Below are positions 1 to 9,642 of a stretch of 64,000 nucleotides of DNA, piece after piece. This stretch comes from an uncultured Nautiliales bacterium (GTDB lineage: Bacteria > Campylobacterota > Campylobacteria > Campylobacterales > Nautiliaceae), in assembly GCA_964410645.1 (NCBI GenBank), contig CAYPHV010000001.1, forward strand, positions 19,441 through 83,440, in the 5' to 3' direction. Position 1 is the first letter of the stretch. Every line of letters starts with the position of its first letter. The position numbers and the translations under genes are program-made. Under the pieces are notes generated by a model. That model did no database searches. It saw only the letters and a list, made by a program, of their open reading frames with translations, and was not told where the DNA came from.

Positions 1-617
1 ATCATTTTTTTATTAATTTCTCTGTTTGGCTGAGAAAACGTGTTTTCAATAATTTTATATTTATATATTTTACCGTTTATTTCCAGTTCATCAATTAAAT
101 AATTTTTATCAAATACATATTTTCTCCCTTTTTTTCTGATTATAAAATCGGCATTAGGAAATTTTTTTTTCAATTCTTTAACATCTCCGGTAATAGTTTC
201 ATCTATTTTTCTGTGATAAATCAATGTAACAATAAGTCCACCTTTAGAATTACTTAGAAAATCTGTTTCATAAAGTTTTAATTTTAAATTATCATTTTTT
301 TCAATTTCGTTTAAAAGCCCAGGCATTATGCTATAAATCGCCTTATCCACTATTTTGCATTCATTAATTGGAACTACGCCTTTCCCTTCTTCTTTTCTTT
401 TTCTCATAGCATAGTTAAGCTTACTGTCTTCGTGCCATATTCTAAACTCGGCTCTTGCCCTAAAATATTCGTCTTTACCACTAATTACTTCGATATCAGA
501 TATGCCAAATTCGCTGAACATCTGCTGCAATTTTTCTTTTTTTATTTTTAGCTGAGACGCATACGGGATTTCCCATAAAACACAGCTTCCGCATTTTCCA
601 AAACTACTGCAAATCAT
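1..617 (-). CDS. trmA: tRNA (uracil54-C5)-methyltransferase TrmA, N-terminal ~205 codons; the 3' end lies beyond the window start
   Basis: Absent from the ORF track because it is open at the window edge. My translation from ATG at 615-617 (minus strand) reads MICSSFGKCGSCVLWEIPYASQL...FRARAEFRIWHEDSKL...IVTLIYHRKIDE...ENTFSQPNREINKKM. This matches the E. coli TrmA blocks YRMRAEFRIWH, LLYHKKLD and ENSFTQPN. Confidence 0.85.
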   Translation of the reverse strand, partial: MICSSFGKCGSCVLWEIPYASQLKIKKEKLQQMFSEFGISDIEVISGKDEYFRARAEFRIWHEDSKLNYAMRKRKEEGKGVVPINECKIVDKAIYSIMPGLLNEIEKNDNLKLKLYETDFLSNSKGGLIVTLIYHRKIDETITGDVKELKKKFPNADFIIRKKGRKYVFDKNYLIDELEINGKIYKYKIIENTFSQPNREINKKM

Positions 618-635
618 TTTTCCCCTTTTATCTGT

Positions 636-1364
636 TTATTTAAAACTTTGAACAAGTCCCATAACGACCAAATTCCAACCGTCCACCAAAATAAAAAGTA
701 AAATTTTAAACGGCAGACTTATCATTACAGGGGGAAGCATCATCATTCCCAAACTCATAAGGATCGAACTTACCACCATATCAATAATTAAAAAAGGCAA
801 AAACAGTAAAAATCCGATTTCAAAAGCAGTTTTAAGCTCGCTTATCATAAAAGCCGGAACCAATATCGTAAGCGGAACATCGTTAACCGTTTTAGGATTT
901 GGCAAATGTCTTATTCTGAAAAAAAGAGCAAGATCTTTTTCTCTGGTATTTTTTATCATAAAATATTTAAAAGGTTTAACCGATCTGTCAATAGCTTTTT
1001 CATAACTTATTTTATTTTGCATATAAGGCTGGATACCGTTATTATATGATTTTTTTGCATAAGGTTCCATAATAAAAGCAGTAAGTATCAATGCCAAAGA
1101 CACCAATAATGTTGTAGGCGGAGACTGGGGAGTGCCAAGCGCCTGACGTAAAAATCCGAAAACAACCAGAAGTCTTACAAAACTGGTGGTAGCCAGTACA
1201 ATACTGGGCGCAAGAATCAATACAGTAAGTATTAATACAACATTAAGCGTGCTTACCAACTGTTTCGGATTACTCGGAGCGCTTAAAGATAAATTGACTG
1301 TTGGTATTTGAGGAGCGGCGTAAACTACTACAGCAAAAATAAGTAAGAAAAAAAATTTTTTCAT
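636..1364 (-). CDS. fliP: Flagellar export apparatus protein FliP
   Basis: Signal-like N-terminus followed by the conserved FliP core: TSFVRLLVVFGFLRQALGTPQSPP, and MISELKTAFEIGFLLFLPFLIIDMVVSSILMSLGMMMLPP. Confidence 0.95.
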   Translation of the reverse strand: MKKFFFLLIFAVVVYAAPQIPTVNLSLSAPSNPKQLVSTLNVVLILTVLILAPSIVLATTSFVRLLVVFGFLRQALGTPQSPPTTLLVSLALILTAFIMEPYAKKSYNNGIQPYMQNKISYEKAIDRSVKPFKYFMIKNTREKDLALFFRIRHLPNPKTVNDVPLTILVPAFMISELKTAFEIGFLLFLPFLIIDMVVSSILMSLGMMMLPPVMISLPFKILLFILVDGWNLVVMGLVQSFK

Positions 1365-2134
1365 TTTTTGGTATTATCCAAAACGGATTTTTTTACTTTT
1401 TCTTTATTTTCGGTTGCAAAAAACCAAATTTCAACTCTTCTGTTTTTTGCTCTTCCTTTTGGAGACGTATTATTTGCTATAGGATGATAAGGCCCGTATG
1501 CCGCTGCATTTAGCTGCTTTTGGTTAACCCCGTCTTTAATTAAAATTTTAAGTACACTAAGTGCCCTGGCTGCACTTAATTCCCAATTATCAGAATAAGG
1601 AGATATGGAAGGCGGAGGCGTACTATCTGTAAAACCTTTTATCTGTATTTCCACATTTTTTGGAAGATATCCTTTAATGATTATTGCAATTCTTTTTAAA
1701 AACAAAAGAGTATCAACATTTGTTATTTTTGCACTTCCTGAAGAAAATGTAATATCAGCGGGAAGTCTTATAAAAAAGCCTTTCTCTCCTTCTGTCAGCG
1801 TAATAGCGGGACCTTTACCCCCGGCAGTAAATTGTTTAAATTCCGTAATCGCTTTTGAAAGTTTATTAACTGTTTGCTCTGTTTCAGGATTTTGCTGAAT
1901 AAAAGTTATTTTTTTAATTATTTTTTTTGATATTTCTGTCTGCCGTCCTCCATTTAATACACCCAGAGATCCGGCAAGAGAGCCAATAGCTTCCTTTACT
2001 TTTTTTGTATTCATTGTGGACATTGACAAAAGCAAAACAAAAAAACAAAGCAATAAACTCGTTAAATCTCCAAAAGTACCAAGCCATAACGGTAAACCTG
2101 GAGGAGGACAGTCACATTTACATTTTTTAGCCAT
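1361..2134 (-). CDS. motB: Flagellar motor stator protein MotB (OmpA-like C-terminal domain)
   Basis: N-terminus MAKKCKCDCPPPGLPLWLGTFGDLTSLLLCFFVLLL carries the plug/TM segment with the conserved Asp. The C-terminal OmpA motif is NWELSAARALSV...NRRVEI. The gene overlaps fliP by 4 nt. Confidence 0.9.
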   Translation of the reverse strand: MAKKCKCDCPPPGLPLWLGTFGDLTSLLLCFFVLLLSMSTMNTKKVKEAIGSLAGSLGVLNGGRQTEISKKIIKKITFIQQNPETEQTVNKLSKAITEFKQFTAGGKGPAITLTEGEKGFFIRLPADITFSSGSAKITNVDTLLFLKRIAIIIKGYLPKNVEIQIKGFTDSTPPPSISPYSDNWELSAARALSVLKILIKDGVNQKQLNAAAYGPYHPIANNTSPKGRAKNRRVEIWFFATENKEKVKKSVLDNTKK

Positions 2135-2142
2135 TTTTTATC

Positions 2143-2910
2143 CTATTCAAATTGAGATTTTCTTTTATTCGGAGGCAGAAAACTGAGTAATTTTGCTTCA
2201 AGCGTTCTTGGATTGTCTCCCGCCTGGATAGACATAATTCCCTCCAAAATCATAGTTTTCGCCAAAATTTCATCATCATTTCTTAATTTTAATTTATTTT
2301 CAACAGGGGCGCCGAAAATATTGGCTATCATTGCACCGTACAAAGTAGTAAGCAGTGCAACTGCCATAGCAGGTCCAATTGCAGAAGGATCAGACATATT
2401 AAGAAGCATTGCAACAAGCCCCACCAATGTTCCAATCATACCAAACGCACCCGCCAATGCCGCCCATGTGCCAAACATAGCACCCATTTTTTTATGTCTT
2501 CCATCAGTTTGATCCATATCAATTTCCAAAAGATCCCTTATCGTATCCGGCTCATTTCCATCCACTGCCATAGAAAGACCTTTTTTTAAAAATTCATCTT
2601 CTTCTTTATCGGCTGCACTTTCAAGGGAAAGAATACCGTCACGTCTTGCCTGAGTAGCATAATCTACAAGTTTTTTGATAAGTTCTTCATAGTTTGGATT
2701 ATAGCTGGGTTTTATAGAAATTAAAAATACTTTATGAAATTTTGTCATCATATCCATTTTATTTGCAACAAATAAAGCCATTGTAGAACCGCCGATAACA
2801 ATTAAAACAGATTGAGGATCAACATAAGCACCAACACCAACCCCCATAGCCATAGCAACAATAATCAGACCAAGGGCACCAACCATACCTATGACAGTAG
2901 CTAAATCCAT
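2143..2910 (-). CDS. motA: Flagellar motor stator protein MotA
   Basis: MotA/TolQ/ExbB-type TM pattern with GTLVGLVAMLLNM...GPAMAVALLTTLYGAMIAN. I place the start at Met11 (MDLATVIGM, CAT at 2908-2910), which has AAGG upstream. The track ORF extends to 2940. Confidence 0.9.
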   Translation of the reverse strand: MDLATVIGMVGALGLIIVAMAMGVGVGAYVDPQSVLIVIGGSTMALFVANKMDMMTKFHKVFLISIKPSYNPNYEELIKKLVDYATQARRDGILSLESAADKEEDEFLKKGLSMAVDGNEPDTIRDLLEIDMDQTDGRHKKMGAMFGTWAALAGAFGMIGTLVGLVAMLLNMSDPSAIGPAMAVALLTTLYGAMIANIFGAPVENKLKLRNDDEILAKTMILEGIMSIQAGDNPRTLEAKLLSFLPPNKRKSQFE

Positions 2911-2956
2911 AAAAGGCCTTTTTTGATATAATTGTAACAAAAAAAAGGATTTTTGT

Positions 2957-4258
2957 ATGCCTCAAATAATAATTCTTGCAGCCGGCCAGGGCACCAGAAT
3001 GAAATCTTCACTTCCAAAAGTATTGCATAAATTGTGTGAAAAGCCAATGATTGATTATATTATAGAAGAATCTTTAAAAATTACAAAAAATATAGATATT
3101 GTTTTAGGCTATAAATTTGAAGAGGTAAAAAAACAAATAGAAAAGTACAATATAGGAATTTATAAACAAAATTTAAAAGATTTCCCAGGTACCGGAGGAG
3201 CTTTAATCAGTATAATAAAAGATAAATCATGGAAAATAAAGAATGAAAGAATACTTGTTTTAAACGGAGATATGCCTTTAATTGAGGCAAATGAACTAAA
3301 AAAATTTGAAAATATCGACGCCGATATCGTTATGAGCGTTATGAAGCTTAAAAACCCTTTTGGATACGGGAGAGTTGTTATTCAAAAAGAAAATGTCCAA
3401 AAAATAGTGGAACAAAAAGATGCAAATGAAGAAGAGCTTAAAATACCTTTCGTAAACACAGGTGTTTATATGTTCAAAAAAGAAATTCTGGAAAAATATA
3501 TTCCAAAAATCACCAATAACAACAATCAAAAAGAATATTATTTAACCGACATTATTGAAATGGCAGTTAAAGACAAAAAAAATATAAAAGCCGTGGAAGT
3601 AGACGAAGAACATTTTAAGGGAATAAATTCCAAAAAAGACCTCTCGGCGGCAGAAGAAATAATATGTAGCAGAATTAAAAACGCATGGATGTGTCAGGGC
3701 GTTATTATGAGACTTCCAAACACTATTTTCATAGATGCATACAGCAAATTTGAAGGAGAATGCGAAATTCAAAGCGGAAGTGTTATAAAAAAAAGTATAA
3801 TTAAAAATAGCAAAATCAAAGCAAACAGTGTAATTGAAGAAGCAGAAATCACAAACAGCGAAATAGGACCGATGGCCAGAATCAGACCCAAAAGTAAAAT
3901 AACAAACAGTAAAATAGGCAATTTCGTAGAAATTAAAGCCAGTATGTTAAACAGCGTAAAAGCAGGACATTTAAGCTATTTGGGAGACAGCGAAATAGAA
4001 AACGGCACAAATATAGGGGCGGGAACCATTACCTGCAATTATGACGGAAAAACAAAGCACAAAACAAAAATAGGCAAAAATGTATTTGTGGGAAGTGACA
4101 GCCAGTTAATAGCACCTGTACAAATCGAAGATGATGTAATAATAGCGGCGGGAAGCACCGTAAATAAAGATATAAAAAAAGGAAATCTCGCAATCAGCAG
4201 GGCTGGACTGACAACGGTAAAAAACTTTTACTATAAATTTTTCGGGAAAAACAAATGA
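2957..4258 (+). CDS. glmU: Bifunctional GlcNAc-1-P uridyltransferase / GlcN-1-P acetyltransferase GlmU
   Basis: N-terminal [18 protein letters not shown] nucleotidyltransferase motif and C-terminal left-handed beta-helix hexapeptide repeats ([13 protein letters not shown]...[13 protein letters not shown]). Confidence 0.95.
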   Translation: MPQIIILAAGQGTRMKSSLPKVLHKLCEKPMIDYIIEESLKITKNIDIVLGYKFEEVKKQIEKYNIGIYKQNLKDFPGTGGALISIIKDKSWKIKNERILVLNGDMPLIEANELKKFENIDADIVMSVMKLKNPFGYGRVVIQKENVQKIVEQKDANEEELKIPFVNTGVYMFKKEILEKYIPKITNNNNQKEYYLTDIIEMAVKDKKNIKAVEVDEEHFKGINSKKDLSAAEEIICSRIKNAWMCQGVIMRLPNTIFIDAYSKFEGECEIQSGSVIKKSIIKNSKIKANSVIEEAEITNSEIGPMARIRPKSKITNSKIGNFVEIKASMLNSVKAGHLSYLGDSEIENGTNIGAGTITCNYDGKTKHKTKIGKNVFVGSDSQLIAPVQIEDDVIIAAGSTVNKDIKKGNLAISRAGLTTVKNFYYKFFGKNK

Positions 4259-5394
4259 ATATTCTAATCGGGGTAACAGGCAGTATCGCCATTTATAAAA
4301 CATGCGAGCTTATAAGACTTTTTATAAAAAACGGTGATAAGGTAAAAGTCGTTATGACCCCATCGGCCGCTAAATTTATAACACCGCTTACTTTTGAAAC
4401 ACTTACAAGGAATAAAGTATTAACACAAAATTCAGAAGACTGGAGCTGCGGGCTTAATCATATAGATTTTGCAAAATGGCCGGATATTTACATAATTGCC
4501 CCCGCAACTGTAAACACAGTAAACAAAGCTGCAAGCGGCATCGGAGACAATCTGCTTTTACAGGTTTATCTGGCAACCAAAGCCGTTACTCTTTTTGCCC
4601 CCAGCGCCAATACAAATATGTATTTGCATTCCGTAACTCAGGAAAATTTTAAAAAACTAAACATTATCGAAGCAAACAGCGGTCTTCTGGCATGCGGAGA
4701 TACAGGAATAGGCAAAATGGCCGAACCGAAAGAAATATTTTTAAGAACTTTAAGGGAAATTAATAAAGAAAACTTCTGGAAAAATAAAAAAGTTACAGTC
4801 ACTGCCGGCGGAAGTATTGAAAAAATTGACGATGTCAGATTTATTTCTAATTTTTCAAGCGGAAAAATGGGAGAAGCCCTGGCAAAAGCTTTTTATATAA
4901 AAGGGGCTGATGTTACATTAATTTCAAGCAAAGAGCATAAACTGACAAAAGAAATCAAGCAGATAAAAGTTATTTCGGCAAATGATTATTTGGAAGCCGT
5001 CTTAAGAGAAAATCCGGATTATCTGATTATGGCAGCCGCTATTGCAGATTACAAGCCCAACTACCAAAAAGGTAAAATTAAAAAAAGCTCAGGAAACGAA
5101 CTTACTTTAAAATTAATGAAAAATATCGATATTTTGGAAAGCCTTAAAAATAAAAAATTTAAAAAAATAGGTTTTAAAGCAGAAACAGATGAAAAAAATG
5201 CCGTTTTTTATGCAAAAGACGCTTTGATCAAAAAAAATCTTGACGCTATATGTCTTAATCTTTTAACCAAAAATAATTTTGGAAGCGATACAACCGAAAT
5301 TAAATTTATTACAAACAACAAAGAAATTAAATTTCTTCAGGACACAAAAGAAAATATTGCTTTTAAGGTAGTGAATGCCGTTAAAAATATCTGA
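4255..5394 (+). CDS. coaBC: Phosphopantothenoylcysteine decarboxylase / phosphopantothenate-cysteine ligase CoaBC (Dfp)
   Basis: N-terminal flavoprotein domain ([38 protein letters not shown]) and C-terminal CoaB domain ([33 protein letters not shown]). ATGA overlap with glmU. Confidence 0.95.
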   Translation: MNILIGVTGSIAIYKTCELIRLFIKNGDKVKVVMTPSAAKFITPLTFETLTRNKVLTQNSEDWSCGLNHIDFAKWPDIYIIAPATVNTVNKAASGIGDNLLLQVYLATKAVTLFAPSANTNMYLHSVTQENFKKLNIIEANSGLLACGDTGIGKMAEPKEIFLRTLREINKENFWKNKKVTVTAGGSIEKIDDVRFISNFSSGKMGEALAKAFYIKGADVTLISSKEHKLTKEIKQIKVISANDYLEAVLRENPDYLIMAAAIADYKPNYQKGKIKKSSGNELTLKLMKNIDILESLKNKKFKKIGFKAETDEKNAVFYAKDALIKKNLDAICLNLLTKNNFGSDTTEIKFITNNKEIKFLQDTKENIAFKVVNAVKNI

Positions 5395-6049
5395 AATCGG
5401 TAAATTATTAAAAGCTTTAAACAGATTTGAGAACATAGGTGAATTTAACAGCAGGCTTCCCGTTAGAATTGAAATAAAAAAGCAGATTAACGAATTTAAT
5501 TATTTAATTAATCTTGGAAATAAAAAAGAAATTGTTACAAAAAGTTTTGTCAAATTAAATCCGGGAAAATACTTTGCACTTATTAAAGAAAAAGGATTAA
5601 ATATTCAAATAACCAATCTTAAAAAAATACCCCAGTTATTTACTATTTTTGAAAAAACAAATTTAAAAGAAAACCATTTTAGTAAAGAAACAATATTAAA
5701 CCATTTAAGTAATGCCACCAATAAAACCGAATTTATTTTTTTTACCAATTTATTTATAGCCGTTCAAAAGAAAATTTTTCATTTGGCAATAAATGAAAAA
5801 AGAAAAGCTCTGCTTCAATATAAATATCAAAAAAACAAATTACATTTTTTTGCAGTTTTTAACCATCTAGGAGAAATTGAAGGAAAAATATTTGCCAATA
5901 AGCTGATTATTTTTTCTCCGTATAAAAATACGATAAATTTAATAAAACAAAATAAAAACTCATTAAATTTAACAATAGAAACACATTTGAAAACAGACAT
6001 AAAACCGCTATACGAGTTTAGCGAAAATCTATTTAATTTAAAGGCTTAA
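5375..6049 (+). CDS. Hypothetical protein, 224 aa, conserved position between coaBC and uppS
   Basis: Long ORF packed tightly between two housekeeping genes. I recognised no confident domain. The C-terminal HLGEIEGKIFANKLIIFSPYKNTINLIKQN faintly resembles the FliK-type Flg_hook fold. Confidence 0.5.
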   Translation: MPLKISEIGKLLKALNRFENIGEFNSRLPVRIEIKKQINEFNYLINLGNKKEIVTKSFVKLNPGKYFALIKEKGLNIQITNLKKIPQLFTIFEKTNLKENHFSKETILNHLSNATNKTEFIFFTNLFIAVQKKIFHLAINEKRKALLQYKYQKNKLHFFAVFNHLGEIEGKIFANKLIIFSPYKNTINLIKQNKNSLNLTIETHLKTDIKPLYEFSENLFNLKA

Positions 6050-6050
6050 A

Positions 6051-6713
6051 ATGCATCTGGCTATAATAATGGACGGAAACGGAAGATGGGCACAGAAAAG
6101 AGGCTTACAAAGAATAGAAGGCCACAAAAAAGGCGCCGAAACTGTAAAAGAAATAACCACATATTGTTCAAATAACCCGGAAATCAACATTTTAACGTTA
6201 TATGCGTTTTCAACAGAGAATTGGAAAAGACCAAAAACGGAAGTAAACTTTTTAATGAAACTGCTTAATACCTGGCTAAAAAAAGAACTTTCCACATATA
6301 TTAAAAATGATGTAAAATTTGAAACTATCGGGAACTTAAACAAGTTTTCAGAAAAACTGAAAAAAAGAATTGCACATACAAAAGAAATGACAAAAAACAA
6401 TAAAAAACTAACACAGATTTTAGCTCTTAATTACGGCGCGAGAGATGAAATTACAAGAGCAATAACTAAAATTACGGGAAAAAAAGAAAAAATTACATAT
6501 GATAATATCCAAAAAAACCTGGATATAACCACAGATGTGGATTTACTGGTAAGAACAAGCGGGGAAATACGTGTCAGTAATTTTTTACTTTGGCAGATAG
6601 CCTACGCTGAAATGTTTTTTACAAAAACTCTATGGCCTGATTTTAATTCGTCTGAACTTGATAAAATACTAAAAGAATTTAAAAAACGGAAAAGAAAATT
6701 CGGAGGAATATAA
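6051..6713 (+). CDS. uppS: Undecaprenyl diphosphate synthase UppS
   Basis: HLAIIMDGNGRWAQKRGL, LYAFSTENWKRP and RTSGEIRVSNFLLWQIAYAE are the classic cis-prenyltransferase motifs. Confidence 0.95.
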   Translation: MHLAIIMDGNGRWAQKRGLQRIEGHKKGAETVKEITTYCSNNPEINILTLYAFSTENWKRPKTEVNFLMKLLNTWLKKELSTYIKNDVKFETIGNLNKFSEKLKKRIAHTKEMTKNNKKLTQILALNYGARDEITRAITKITGKKEKITYDNIQKNLDITTDVDLLVRTSGEIRVSNFLLWQIAYAEMFFTKTLWPDFNSSELDKILKEFKKRKRKFGGI

Positions 6714-6743
6714 AATTAACAATGCTAAATTAAAAGGAACTAA

Positions 6744-7496
6744 ATGGAAAATCCGTTATTAATCGAAACAATCATTTTTATTATTGGAATTTGCATAGGC
6801 AGCTTTTTAAATGTGGTAATTTACAGAGTTCCAAAAGGGGAAAATATCGCATATCCGCCAAGCCATTGCCCTAAATGCAATGCATTTATCAAACCGTGGC
6901 ATAATATTCCTATTATAAGTTATATTTTTTTAAAAGGAAAATGTGCATATTGCGGTGAAAAAATTTCGTTTAGATACCCTGCTATTGAATTTTTAACAGG
7001 CGTAATTGCTGTTTTGGTATTTCAAAAAAGCGGGTTCAATATTTTTTTTATTATTAATTTCTCCATATTTTCCACGCTTCTTGCCCTCAGTATGATAGAT
7101 TTTGATTACAAAGCGGTACCTGACAGCCTAAACCTTTTAGCCCTTACACTTTCATTTTTTGCAACACCGGATATAATTGATAATTTCAAAAACGCTTTAA
7201 TATTAATAGGCGGCATAAGTTTAATCAGATGGTATGTAAGTTTTATAATAAAAAAAGAGGCAATGGGTGAAGGAGATATAATATTAGCAGGCACAATGGG
7301 TGCGCTTTTAGGAATAAAATTGTCACTGATAGCTATTTTTCTTGCTTCTTTTATTGCACTTTTTCCATCTTTATACAATAGAATTTCAAAAAAAGATCTC
7401 GAATTGCCGTTTATTCCGTTTTTGGCATTTTCAGCTTTTATAGTCTGGTATTTTAAAGATTATTTTTTATATATTTGGAGTGTTTTATATGAATAA
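6744..7496 (+). CDS. Prepilin (type IV leader) peptidase, A24 family
   Basis: N-terminal CPKC...CAYC zinc-like motif, polytopic TM profile, and catalytic Asp contexts (LSMIDFDYKAVPD and MGEGDIILAG). Confidence 0.85.
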   Translation: MENPLLIETIIFIIGICIGSFLNVVIYRVPKGENIAYPPSHCPKCNAFIKPWHNIPIISYIFLKGKCAYCGEKISFRYPAIEFLTGVIAVLVFQKSGFNIFFIINFSIFSTLLALSMIDFDYKAVPDSLNLLALTLSFFATPDIIDNFKNALILIGGISLIRWYVSFIIKKEAMGEGDIILAGTMGALLGIKLSLIAIFLASFIALFPSLYNRISKKDLELPFIPFLAFSAFIVWYFKDYFLYIWSVLYE

Positions 7497-8463
7497 ACTT
7501 TCTATTTATTTATTGAAAAATTTTTTTAATTCATTTTTTACAATTTTTTTTATTTTGGGAATAATTATATCACTTATTTTCATAATATATATTTCAAATG
7601 TTACATCTACTTTTCAAATTAATTTTAAAGAATTGATAAAAATGTATTTTCTGACACTGCCTCAAATAATTTTTATTGCAACAGGTTTATCTTTTTTTAT
7701 ATCTTCAGTCAATATATATACCTCTATTTCCGAAACACAGGAATTAATTGCAATGTTTTCTCTTGGATTAAAACCTTTTAAAATATTAAAACCCGTTATT
7801 ATTCTTTCTTTGATATTTACTGTAACAAATCTTTTTATTTTATTTATTTCAATACCTTATTCCAAAATGGCTTTTAACAATTTTAAAATAGAAAAAAGAC
7901 AAGAGGCAAAATTTAATTTTCAAAGTTCAGAATTATCCCAACAACTTGGGGAATGGTCTTTTTTTGCCAATGGTTCAAACAGTAAACAAGAATTTAAAAA
8001 TGTTTATCTGTATAACAATAAAAAAAAGGAATTAATATTTTCAGATAATGCAAATTTGAAGATTAAACACCGCATATTGTATTTTATACTGCATAATGGA
8101 AAAATATATGATTTTAACAAATCATTAAAAATCAATTTCAATAAAACTGAAATTCATCAGATTGTGCCTGTTGTTTCCATTTCAATTTTTAATTTTACCA
8201 ATTATATTAAATATAACAAAAAATTACTCGAAAAATATCTTCCATTTGCGTTAATACCTTTTGCCCTGCTGTTTTTTATACCTGTTTTTTCTTTTTTTCA
8301 TCCAAGGCTTCAAAAAAATAAAAGTTTTATTTATTCTATTATTCTTTTAGCGCTTTATATAACGTTGGCTTTTGTCAATAAATATTTTCTTTTTTCATTA
8401 ATACTTCCGACACTGTTTTTTATAACAGGAGTGATTCTTTATAAATGGAAAATAAAATTTTAG
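7489..8463 (+). CDS. LptF/LptG (YjgP/YjgQ) family LPS export permease
   Basis: MNKLSIYLLKNFFNSFF N-terminus and 6-TM architecture with a central periplasmic domain. I chose ATG 7489, preceded by GGAG at 7477-7480; the track ORF starts at GTG 7480. Confidence 0.75.
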   Translation: MNKLSIYLLKNFFNSFFTIFFILGIIISLIFIIYISNVTSTFQINFKELIKMYFLTLPQIIFIATGLSFFISSVNIYTSISETQELIAMFSLGLKPFKILKPVIILSLIFTVTNLFILFISIPYSKMAFNNFKIEKRQEAKFNFQSSELSQQLGEWSFFANGSNSKQEFKNVYLYNNKKKELIFSDNANLKIKHRILYFILHNGKIYDFNKSLKINFNKTEIHQIVPVVSISIFNFTNYIKYNKKLLEKYLPFALIPFALLFFIPVFSFFHPRLQKNKSFIYSIILLALYITLAFVNKYFLFSLILPTLFFITGVILYKWKIKF

Positions 8464-9182
8464 TTAAAGCGGTTATTGCTTACGATGGCAGCAAATTTTA
8501 CGGCCTTCAGATTCAGCCTGATAAAAAAACAGTTATCGGAAGCATACATAATGCTTTAAAAAAAATAAAAATTTATTCAAAAGTTGATCATGCGGGAAGA
8601 ACAGACAAAGGCGTTCATGCCCTCAATCATATTGTCACATTTCAAATACCATTCTTTTGGGACTTGGAAAAATTGAAAATAGTTTTAAATAAAATACTGA
8701 TGCCTGAAATTTATTTTAAAAAACTATATATAGTGGCCGATAATTTTCATCCCAGAAAAAATATAAAAAAAAGAAGCTACAGATATGTTTTATCTCCTTA
8801 CACCAATCCGTTTATCGATAATTATATTACTTATTATCCTAAAAAAATAGATACTGCTTTGCTAAAACAATCACTGAATTTATTAATAGGAAAACATGAT
8901 TTTCAATTTTTCGCAAAAACAGGAAGCAGTGTCAATCATTATAAACGCGAAATTTATAATGCATACATATTGCCATATAAACAGTTTATAATAATAAAAA
9001 TTACAGGCAACGGCTTTTTAAGAGGTCAAATAAGAATAATAATAAATTTTTTACTGCAAATAAATGAAAAAAAATTAACAATTTCAGATCTTGAAAAACA
9101 GTTAAATAAGAAAAAATTAATAAATAAAGATTTAGCAGCCCCTAACGGTTTATATTTAGAGAGAATATGGTATAAAATTTGA
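8445..9182 (+). CDS. truA: tRNA pseudouridine(38-40) synthase TruA
   Basis: AYDGSKFYGLQIQ and the catalytic GRTDKGVHA motif; typical length. Confidence 0.9.
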   Translation: MENKILVKAVIAYDGSKFYGLQIQPDKKTVIGSIHNALKKIKIYSKVDHAGRTDKGVHALNHIVTFQIPFFWDLEKLKIVLNKILMPEIYFKKLYIVADNFHPRKNIKKRSYRYVLSPYTNPFIDNYITYYPKKIDTALLKQSLNLLIGKHDFQFFAKTGSSVNHYKREIYNAYILPYKQFIIIKITGNGFLRGQIRIIINFLLQINEKKLTISDLEKQLNKKKLINKDLAAPNGLYLERIWYKI

Positions 9183-9194
9183 TATAATTATATA

Positions 9195-9512
9195 AAGGTA
9201 CACCAAGAGAGTGCTATAAAAAGAGGAAAGTCCGGGCTGCCGCAAGGCATGAGTCAGCCTAACAGGCTGCCGCTGTAAGGCGAGGGAAAGTACCACAGAA
9301 AACAAACCGCCAAATTTTTATTTGGTAAGGGTGAAACGGCGAGGTAAGAGCTCACCGGAAAATATGGCAACATATTTTAGCTGGGCAAACCCACTCTGCA
9401 GCAAGGAGGGATGGTAAAGCCTTGCATCTTACCCTCCGCATGAGCGATACCACAAGGTATGCGCCTAGATAAATACTCTCTAAAACAGAACCCGGCTTAC
9501 AGGTGTGCCTTT
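9195..9512 (+). ncRNA. rnpB: RNase P RNA, bacterial type A
   Basis: The universally conserved P4 strands GAGGAAAGTCCGGGC (9223-9237) and ACAGAACCCGGCTTA (9485-9499) are both present. A P1 helix forms between AAGGTACACC (9195-9204) and GGTGTGCCTT (9502-9511). Internal GGTAAGGGTGAAA and GGTAAGAGCTCACC elements are also seen. Confidence 0.9.
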
Positions 9513-9608
9513 TAAAAAAATATTTGCTCTCATAATAAATATCAATAGATTTTTAGCTTATTACTATTAAAATAATATTCACTTTCTCATTTATACCTGT
9601 TATTTTAT

Positions 9609-9616
9609 TGTATAAT
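9609..9616 (+). promoter_or_regulatory. Extended -10 promoter element (TGTATAAT) for dnaJ
   Basis: A TGnTATAAT match lies 27 nt upstream of the dnaJ TTG start and upstream of the AGGAGGA RBS. No clear -35 is present, which is usual for Campylobacterota. Confidence 0.4.
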
Positions 9617-9642
9617 TTCATCAAAAAACGTAGGAGGAAAGA

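Noticed and set aside
1605-2512. Plus-strand ORFs 1605-1898 and 2213-2512, which lie inside motB and motA.
   Set aside because: They are antisense shadow ORFs of well-supported genes, with low-complexity hydrophobic translations and no RBS. The same applies to the other in-gene antisense ORFs in the track: 3296-3772, 4106-4303, 6038-6400, 7106-7378, 10260-10481, 12399-12946, 15138-15914, 20819-21175, 21534-22826, 23032-23238, 24932-25339, 25660-26007, 28101-28286, 29023-29262, 29809-30024, 30859-31053, 31854-32057, 33887-34069, 37230-37427, 39751-39963, 41236-43335, 43773-44708, 46739-47577, 48283-48768, 50797-51036, 56977-57542, 58129-58314, 60201-61293, 62346-62687 and 63405-63698.
9209-9216. 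GAGTGCTA, identical to the right half of a CIRCE (HrcA) operator, located upstream of dnaJ.
   Set aside because: It lies inside the 5' end of the RNase P RNA, more than 400 nt from dnaJ, and no TTAGCACTC partner sits 9 nt away. I treat it as coincidental.
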